A DNA stretch of 32,000 bases from Aliivibrio fischeri ES114 (GTDB taxonomy: Bacteria > Pseudomonadota > Gammaproteobacteria > Enterobacterales > Vibrionaceae): assembly GCF_000011805.1 (NCBI RefSeq), contig NC_006841.2. One strand, given 5' to 3'. Shown here in pieces: positions 25,895 through 32,000 of the stretch. The translations under genes and the position numbers were made by a program. Every line of letters begins with the position of its first letter. The first letter of the stretch is position 1. Under the pieces are notes generated by a model. It worked only from the letters and a program-made list of their open reading frames with translations. It was not told the DNA's origin and did not search any database.

Positions 25895-26362
25895 TTAAGA
25901 TACGTTGATTTCTATTTCGTCATACATTCCCATATCGGTATAAGCCAGAAAGTTATGCTCCCATAATTGATACAACTCCTTAGCAGCACCGTCATCTTTG
26001 ATGGATGAGTAACGCCCTAAGTAGCTGGCAAACCATTCACCACTTAGAAAATCAAAATCTAACTCTTTGGCTAACTCTGGATAGCGATTACCTACAAAAG
26101 CAAAGTCAGTAATATAGGCGTATCGCCATGTGTTATCGGCTTCTTTGGTTAGTGCAATTTCAACAGGGTGAAAGCCACCGTTTTCAGCACTGTAGTTTTT
26201 ATCTCGAAAGTTAAAGATGACACTGTTTGTTTCCTCTAAGCCAGAATGTAATTCAGAACGTTGATTAAGTGCATCAACAAGGCACTGGTTCAGCTTATTT
26301 GATACTGGCAACAGCGTAGGAACAAGGTTAGCGGTAGTAATGATGGTTTGTAATTCAGACAC
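25895..26362 (-). CDS. DUF2787-like protein, paralog A (155 aa, GTG start)
   Basis: 'NFRDKNYSAENGGFHPVEIAL' is the signature I associate with DUF2787. GTG start with GGAGG 7 nt upstream. Confidence 0.7.
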   Translation of the reverse strand: MSELQTIITTANLVPTLLPVSNKLNQCLVDALNQRSELHSGLEETNSVIFNFRDKNYSAENGGFHPVEIALTKEADNTWRYAYITDFAFVGNRYPELAKELDFDFLSGEWFASYLGRYSSIKDDGAAKELYQLWEHNFLAYTDMGMYDEIEINVS

Positions 26363-26426
26363 GGTGTGTCCTCCTATGATTGAAATAAGATAATAGTTTG
26401 GTAAAACGAATTAAGGTTGGATGGGA

Positions 26427-26870
26427 TTAAGTGCGTATTTCGTTAGCTGAAATATCATCGAAATGTTGATTTCTGAGTTGACGACAAAAGGCGAGAGCCC
26501 ATGAAGTAAATAAGTCGATGACTTGCGGCCTTGCAAGCTCACAGCCTTGAATGTCAGGTTGATAGAACCAACCACGCTTAAAGTTAAAATACAGCTCAGG
26601 TGCAACGTTTGGACTGTGTTCATCGGGATAAGAAAAGCTGGCAATAAACACCAATTTCCAAATATGGCGATTATCTTCGTCTCGCTCAAAACGCATTTCT
26701 ACAGGGTGCAATCCCTCACGTCGATGATAATAGCTAATGTCTCGAAAGTTCACTGAAAGTCGATTGATGTCAGCACGAAGGGAAAAGCTATCAAGTACTA
26801 CTTCAAGGTGACGATGCAGACTTTTTGGTAATGCTAGGTCTTTACCGTGAACAAGTAATTCTCTTTTCAT
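26427..26870 (-). CDS. DUF2787-like protein, paralog B (147 aa)
   Basis: 'NFRDISYYHRREGLHPVEMRF' aligns with paralog A. Its ATG overlaps the radC-like stop (TAATG). Confidence 0.7.
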   Translation of the reverse strand: MKRELLVHGKDLALPKSLHRHLEVVLDSFSLRADINRLSVNFRDISYYHRREGLHPVEMRFERDEDNRHIWKLVFIASFSYPDEHSPNVAPELYFNFKRGWFYQPDIQGCELARPQVIDLFTSWALAFCRQLRNQHFDDISANEIRT

Positions 26871-27343
26871 TAGATTAGCCCTCGCTCTGCAAAAGAGACG
26901 CAGGTTTCCCCTACGACAATATGATCTAATACTTGAACATCAATGAGTGCTAACGCCTCTTTTAAACGTGTCGTAATTCGTTTATCAGCCTGTGATGGCG
27001 TTGACTCTCCTGATGGATGATTGTGCGCAAATATTACCGCCGCCGCATTCACTTCTAAAACTGCTTTTACAACCTCTCTTGGGTAGACACTTGCCGCATC
27101 TACGGTTCCTTGAAATAACTCTTTAAATTCAATTAATCGATGTTGGTTATCAAGCAATAAAACAGCGAATACCTCACGCTCATAATGGCCCAGTTTGTAA
27201 CGTAAATAATTTTGTGTCGCAGTAGGGTTAGAGAATGCGTCTCCACGAACATAGCGGTTAGCAAGGATCTCGGCAGCGTGCTCTAGAATTTCATTTTCTT
27301 GGTAACGCTGTTGTTTTAGATAATGAGAGGATTTATTCGACAT
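26870..27343 (-). CDS. RadC-like JAB/MPN domain protein (YeeS/YfjY class found on islands)
   Basis: JAMM motif 'AAVIFAHNHPSGESTPSQADKRIT'. Short form without the N-terminal HhH region. Strong RBS TAGGAG. Confidence 0.9.
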   Translation of the reverse strand: MSNKSSHYLKQQRYQENEILEHAAEILANRYVRGDAFSNPTATQNYLRYKLGHYEREVFAVLLLDNQHRLIEFKELFQGTVDAASVYPREVVKAVLEVNAAAVIFAHNHPSGESTPSQADKRITTRLKEALALIDVQVLDHIVVGETCVSFAERGLI

Positions 27344-27489
27344 ATTAGCTCCTAATGTGAATCAGTATTTGTCTTCACATAGATGATATATACCTGAAAA
27401 TAAATAGATTAAGAGAGATTTTTGGGACGTCACTTTTTTTAACATCATCGGCTTATCTCATGAGCATATAGACGTAGGAGAACGTCCCC

Positions 27490-27681
27490 ATGAGATTTTT
27501 AAGATTAAAAGAAGTAATGGCATTAACTGCGTTAGGTCGTTCAAGTATTTACAAATTTATGAGTGAAGGTCGATTCCCTCAAACGATTTCATTAGGTGAT
27601 AGAGCGGTGGCATGGGTGGAAAGCGAAGTTGAGGAATGGATGCACGAACGCCTAAGCCAACGTGATGAGAAACAGGCCTAA
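27490..27681 (+). CDS. alpA: AlpA-family excisionase / recombination directionality factor
   Basis: 'MRFLRLKEVMALTALGRSSIYKFMSEGRFPQTISLGDRAVAWVESEVEEWM' is a textbook AlpA/Vef-type MerR-like HTH. RBS AGGAG. Confidence 0.9.
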   Translation: MRFLRLKEVMALTALGRSSIYKFMSEGRFPQTISLGDRAVAWVESEVEEWMHERLSQRDEKQA

Positions 27682-27773
27682 GCAATCATTCTAAAAACTA
27701 ATCCACCACACCACATTTAAAACAATTAAGGCTGGTCTACTAAGGCCAGAAAATCCAAATAAGGAAGAATCCC

Positions 27774-28220
27774 ATGAGCACAAACACTTACTCAATTTAC
27801 ATCGACGGCGCAGCACCAAACAATCAAGGTGGTTGCATGAAAGGCGGTATCGGTATTGCGGTATATGATGTAAATAATGAGTTAATGGATACATGTTCAA
27901 TCACAGTCAATAGAGCGACAGACAATGCAGAGCTAGAGCTCATGGCATTAGTCGAAGGATTAGAATACGCCGCTGATGGCGATATCATTTATTCAGACAG
28001 TGAGTTCTGTGTGAAGGGCTACAATGAATGGCTTGATGGGTGGAAAGCGAAAGGGTGGCGGAAAGCTGATAAGAAGCCTGTAGCTTATCGTGAGCTGTGG
28101 CAACAAGTGGATGCATTGCGTAAAGAAAAGTATGTAGAAGTAGTTAAAGTGAGAGCGCATAGTGGAGTAGAAGGAAATGAAAAAGCAGATTCTTTAGCAT
28201 CAATGGCAGCTCGAAAATAA
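27774..28220 (+). CDS. Island-borne RNase HI-type ribonuclease H
   Basis: The catalytic DEDD set is visible: 'IYIDGAA', 'NAELELMAL', 'IYSDSEF', 'GNEKADSLA'. 148 aa. Confidence 0.9.
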   Translation: MSTNTYSIYIDGAAPNNQGGCMKGGIGIAVYDVNNELMDTCSITVNRATDNAELELMALVEGLEYAADGDIIYSDSEFCVKGYNEWLDGWKAKGWRKADKKPVAYRELWQQVDALRKEKYVEVVKVRAHSGVEGNEKADSLASMAARK

Positions 28221-28644
28221 AGGTATTAATAGGACAGCAGAGCCTATTTTGGTTTCTTACATCTCATTACTGTTTTTTTGTTCTTTTTAAAGAATCATAT
28301 TAATTTATTTTCTTAATATATTTAGCCGCTAGATTTAATAAAAACTATATAACATGAAAGTAAATTTATGTATTAGTAATTAGATGAATTTAACACATAA
28401 GAGTGTATGAAGACTGGTAATGAGAGGCTACATTTTTCCCCACCAGGATTAACATAACAAGACGAAATCGTAACATGTGAGGTTTAATGGTTGTTTTCTC
28501 CAGGAAAGTGTCATTTTTATGTAAAAAAAATCAATTTATTGATACTTTCACATATAGACTAAGATAAAAAATGTATTAAGATATGTCAGAAGTAATTAAA
28601 GTAAGTTTAAAAATAAAAAGGAAAACTGAAATTAGGATTGGAAA

Positions 28645-29412
28645 TTGTTTAAAGCCTTTACCTATGAAGGAAATAATGTACAAAAACTTAAAAATGTCGT
28701 AATTACGAATCCATGTATAATTTGGATTGTCTGTGGTGTGAAAAATATATCTGTGGATGGTTATAAATATACTCTAAAAAAAGATGAAGCTATATTTTTA
28801 AGTGGTAATAGCAAGATCAGTTTTGAGAATTTCACAGAAGATGGTTTTTTTATTTCAAAACAAATAACGTTTATAAGAAAACCAAATATAGAATCAGTTC
28901 GGAAAAATAAGTTTGAGTTAAGTAAATATAGGAGTGTGAAATTAGATAGCCAGCTAAAGATGACTATGGAATTCTTACACCAAGCTGATTCTATTTTAAA
29001 TAATATAAAAACTAGGAGTATGTGGCTGGATGGTTTATATTTATTACTATTAGATTATGATTATCTTGAAATGTTATTCCGACCTGATGAGATAAGCTTT
29101 AATGAAAAAGTATATGAAATTTTAGATAAAATGGACCCTAAAGAACATAGAATAGAAAGTATATGTTTGGTTTTAAATATAAGCAAAGCAACTCTTATTC
29201 GTCGTTTAAAGAAATCGGGAACACAATTCAAAAAGATAGTAAGACAAGTTCGAATGAATAAAGCATTATTTCTTATACAGAAAAGAACTATACCTTTAGA
29301 TGAAATATCATTTTCTTGTGGATATCAGTCAATGGAACTTTTCAATTTATATTTTGAATCTGAATTTGGTATTTCCCCAAAGAATTATATAAAAACTTTT
29401 AGTGGTATATGA
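28645..29412 (+). CDS. AraC/XylS-family transcriptional regulator
   Basis: C-terminal double HTH 'ICLVLNISKATLIRRLKK...QVRMNKALFLIQ...PLDEISFSCGYQSMELFNLYFESEFGISPKNY'. TTG start with AGGA upstream. Very AT-rich. Confidence 0.8.
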   Translation: MFKAFTYEGNNVQKLKNVVITNPCIIWIVCGVKNISVDGYKYTLKKDEAIFLSGNSKISFENFTEDGFFISKQITFIRKPNIESVRKNKFELSKYRSVKLDSQLKMTMEFLHQADSILNNIKTRSMWLDGLYLLLLDYDYLEMLFRPDEISFNEKVYEILDKMDPKEHRIESICLVLNISKATLIRRLKKSGTQFKKIVRQVRMNKALFLIQKRTIPLDEISFSCGYQSMELFNLYFESEFGISPKNYIKTFSGI

Positions 29413-29442
29413 ATATAATTAAATTTTAATTATGGAAAATTA

Positions 29443-30312
29443 ATGAGATTAATTGAAGCAAAACTGGCATATCAACCTAAAACAAGAAATAATAAGCTTG
29501 TATCATTAGAGGTATTATTAAGGCCATATAATTGTTCGAATGTAGAGGCGTTTGTTAAAAGTCACAAATCGCCAATAAAACTTGATTGTAAAGTATTGGA
29601 GATGGCTTATTCAGATATGATTAATGCTAATTTAATATATCCAGTATCTATAAATGTATCTTACTTTAGCTTAATTAATAGTAACTTTATTCGTAATGCA
29701 ATAGCTCTATTTAAAGGGTTTGATGTGACGTTTGAATTAACTGAACATTATAATATTGGAAATTTAGATAAACTTAAAAAAAATATTGAGATATTACAAT
29801 ATAATGGATTTAATGTTTCTTTAGATGATTTTGGTAAAGGCTTCTCTAGTGTTAAACTACTAACTCAAATTGATTTCAATGAGGTTAAAATAGATAAATC
29901 TATTATATCAAATATAGATAATGATTTTTATAGTTATAAGCACCTTGTTTTTTTATCTGAAAAAATAAAAACACTCGGTGTCCATAATATTGTGTATGAA
30001 GGGATAGAAAGAAAAACACAACTTAACTTGATTAAGTTGTTTGATGATAATGCAATAATACAAGGTTATTATTATTCATATCCATTGCCATTAGAGTGCG
30101 TAATTAAAAACAGATACAGTGTTGAAAAAAATAGAGTATCTTTAAAAAGAACAACAGTTTTAGATGAGATTGAAAAGAAAATATATAAAATGATTATTTC
30201 TGAAAGCAAGGATAAGATTAATAATGAAATAAAAGATATAGATACAATGTTAGAAGTTTATAATGTTAATTATAAAAATACAATTTCAAATTTTAAAAAG
30301 AATTATTATTGA
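29443..30312 (+). CDS. Stand-alone EAL-domain c-di-GMP phosphodiesterase
   Basis: 'LEVLLRP' (EVL variant of EAL), 'SINVS', 'FELTEH', 'VSLDDFGKGFSSVKLL', 'VKIDKS', 'VYEGIE', 'QGYYYSYP'. All catalytic positions appear to be present. Confidence 0.85.
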   Translation: MRLIEAKLAYQPKTRNNKLVSLEVLLRPYNCSNVEAFVKSHKSPIKLDCKVLEMAYSDMINANLIYPVSINVSYFSLINSNFIRNAIALFKGFDVTFELTEHYNIGNLDKLKKNIEILQYNGFNVSLDDFGKGFSSVKLLTQIDFNEVKIDKSIISNIDNDFYSYKHLVFLSEKIKTLGVHNIVYEGIERKTQLNLIKLFDDNAIIQGYYYSYPLPLECVIKNRYSVEKNRVSLKRTTVLDEIEKKIYKMIISESKDKINNEIKDIDTMLEVYNVNYKNTISNFKKNYY

Positions 30313-30594
30313 TTAATTCTTTAAATTTGTTTTATTTTTAAGTGGGGTAAAGGTAATTTTATTTCTTATAAATGCAATTCTATGGCGATCTATATTGAAT
30401 AAATACAGTGATCTTATGTATTCAATTGATATTGGATTTTATATATCGGTTATTATAGGGTTGAATATCCTTGTTGGATATTTATACTAGTTTAAATTTA
30501 AGATATTTATAATAAAACAACGAAAACAATCAAAAAGCATAAATAAATGCTGTCAATTAAAAACTAAGTTAGTCTTTTTAGGATATAAGTATAA

Positions 30595-32000
30595 ATGAAT
30601 AAAATAACATTAAAAATGTTTTTCAATCTAATGATAAGTATCATAATTATAATATCAACCTCATCTATTTTAATCTTCAATATAACTACTATTGAGATTA
30701 AAGAGAAAGAAAATTTTTTACAAGAGCAAATTATTGGTTCACTTAATAGTATTAATAGAATAAATGGACTAATTAATGAAATAAGAAAAAGTGATATTCT
30801 TATTTTTAGTAAAATTAATGTCGAGAGTGCTAGAAAAAATCGTGAAACTTTTAATGAGGAATTAGTTAAAGAACTTGATACATATTCTCAGTTTCATGCT
30901 AATGAAGCTGATGCTAAGGCTTTTGACAAGTTAAAAGTTACAATATCAAAATACAATGATACATTAACATTTGATATGATTGATTATGAGTATAGTTTGT
31001 CTCTTATAGTTGACATTTTAAAATTAACTGATGAGTTAACATTTATTAATAATAGCTATGTTTCAGATTACATGGAGAGTAATGAAAAAAGTCTTAATAA
31101 TAATATAAAATATATCTCGTTCTTTTTCTTAGTAACTTTAATTGTTACTATTTTGTTTACAATGAGAATGATGAAAGATATTAATTCAAGAATTAAACTC
31201 ATTAATGATGCAATAAAGAGATTTGTAAGTCTAGACATTAGAACTAGTGAGTTATGTTATTTTATAGAATCTAAAAAATTTAAAAATGATGAAATAGGTT
31301 CTATTATGCTAAATTTGAAAGAGTTTAGAATAAAAATAACTGAGGTTTTAACTTTAACTAGTAACTCTATAAATAATAATAAAATAGGTATTGATAAAAT
31401 TGGAGGCTCTTTATCTGATAATAAAAATTTTATGGTTACACAATTTGATAATATGAGTCAATTAGTAACAGCGATAAACGAGCTTCAATGTGCAGCAATG
31501 GAAGTTGCTAGTAATATTAATCAATCTGCTGGATTAACACAAGAATCATCACAGCAATGTATTGAAACAAAAGATGTAATTCAGGGAACTAAAAAAGCAA
31601 TTAATAATACAAGTTTAAGTCTTGAAGAATGTAATAGTATTGCTGATCTGCTTCAAAAAGATAGTGAACAAATTGCATCTGTTTTAGTGTTGATAAGAAA
31701 CATTGCAGATCAAACTAATTTATTAGCTCTAAATGCAGCAATTGAAGCAGCACGAGCTGGAGAGTCAGGTCGTGGTTTTGCTGTTGTAGCAGATGAAGTG
31801 CGTATGTTAGCTCAGAAAACTCAAGAATCAACAATTAAAATTGAGAGTATTATTTCTGTTTTACAAGATAGAACAACAGGTGTACAAGAAAAAATTAATG
31901 ATAGTAACTTATTGATGAATAGCTGTGTTGAGAAAATTAACGATGCTGAAAGTTATATAGAAAATGTATCAAATAATCTTGTGGCTTTGTCTGAAATGGG
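30595..32000 (+). CDS. Methyl-accepting chemotaxis protein (3'-partial, runs off the window)
   Basis: It has no stop in the window and so is absent from the ORF track. Own translation from the ATG at 30595: [24 protein letters not shown]... TM1, a periplasmic helical domain, TM2 '[18 protein letters not shown]', a HAMP region, and the signalling hairpin '[40 protein letters not shown]' (nt 31702..31821). Confidence 0.85.
   Translation, partial: MNKITLKMFFNLMISIIIIISTSSILIFNITTIEIKEKENFLQEQIIGSLNSINRINGLINEIRKSDILIFSKINVESARKNRETFNEELVKELDTYSQFHANEADAKAFDKLKVTISKYNDTLTFDMIDYEYSLSLIVDILKLTDELTFINNSYVSDYMESNEKSLNNNIKYISFFFLVTLIVTILFTMRMMKDINSRIKLINDAIKRFVSLDIRTSELCYFIESKKFKNDEIGSIMLNLKEFRIKITEVLTLTSNSINNNKIGIDKIGGSLSDNKNFMVTQFDNMSQLVTAINELQCAAMEVASNINQSAGLTQESSQQCIETKDVIQGTKKAINNTSLSLEECNSIADLLQKDSEQIASVLVLIRNIADQTNLLALNAAIEAARAGESGRGFAVVADEVRMLAQKTQESTIKIESIISVLQDRTTGVQEKINDSNLLMNSCVEKINDAESYIENVSNNLVALSEM

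Larger units (their letters stand above)
18550..32000. mobile_element. Mosaic integrative genomic island (VSP-II/VPI-2-like backbone), right end beyond the window
   Basis: Core genes end at ylqF. The island content is an integrase remnant, a YagK/YfjJ Gp2-type gene, a RadC-like JAB protein, DUF2787-like paralogs, AlpA, RNase H, and AT-rich K/N/I-rich cargo genes. The left coordinate is approximate. Confidence 0.75.

Noticed and set aside
26411-26756. ORFs 26411..26689 (-) and 26523..26756 (+) overlapping DUF2787-like paralog B
   Set aside because: They are out-of-frame or antisense overlaps of a gene that has a conserved family signature and translational coupling to the radC-like gene. Neither has independent support.
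27691-27900. 69-aa ORF (-) overlapping the RNase H 5' end
   Set aside because: It is antisense to an RNase H gene with a complete catalytic motif set, and it would run into the alpA terminator region.
1-32000. CRISPR arrays, rRNA, tRNA, IS elements with terminal inverted repeats, retron-like RT/ncRNA
   Set aside because: I found no regularly spaced direct repeats, no rRNA/tRNA-like conserved segments, no transposase-like ORF, and no reverse transcriptase (YxDD) ORF near the RNase H gene on reading the window.

Overview
The window looks like an AT-rich Vibrionaceae chromosome (Aliivibrio/Vibrio-like gene content); this is my judgement from the protein sequences, not a database hit. Positions 1 to about 18,520 are ordinary core genome: queE, mlc, ltaE, ravA-viaA, two small conserved genes, an OmpA-family lipoprotein, creA, a DUF3010-like gene, a periplasmic-sensor HD-GYP phosphodiesterase, gltS, a putative outer-membrane barrel, an ABC exporter, a His-rich COG0523 GTPase and ylqF/rbgA. 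Most convergent gene pairs there are separated by clear bidirectional rho-independent terminators. From about 18,550 to the window end is a mosaic genomic island. It opens with a 5'-truncated, twice-frameshifted P4-type integrase pseudogene. Next come very AT-rich cargo genes (a 317-aa orphan and a YagK/YfjJ 'inovirus Gp2' HUH-type protein). An array of eight same-strand genes on the minus strand follows: radC-like JAB, two tandem DUF2787-like paralogs, a 299-aa + 78-aa coupled pair, a 111-aa gene, and an HTH-WYL-like regulator + 479-aa lipoprotein. After that are an AlpA-type excisionase, a stand-alone RNase HI, and a very AT-rich AraC - EAL - MCP signalling module that runs off the window. 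The backbone (AlpA-type RDF, RNase H, RadC, AraC, MCP, c-di-GMP phosphodiesterase, P4-like integrase) matches what I remember of V. cholerae VSP-II and VPI-2, but in a different order and with different cargo. The best candidates for an undescribed system are the WYL-regulator + large lipoprotein operon, the translationally coupled radC - DUF2787 - DUF2787 operon, and the orphan 317-aa gene next to the integrase. I found no rRNA, tRNA or CRISPR array. All function calls come from reading motifs by eye and need confirmation by homology or structure searches.
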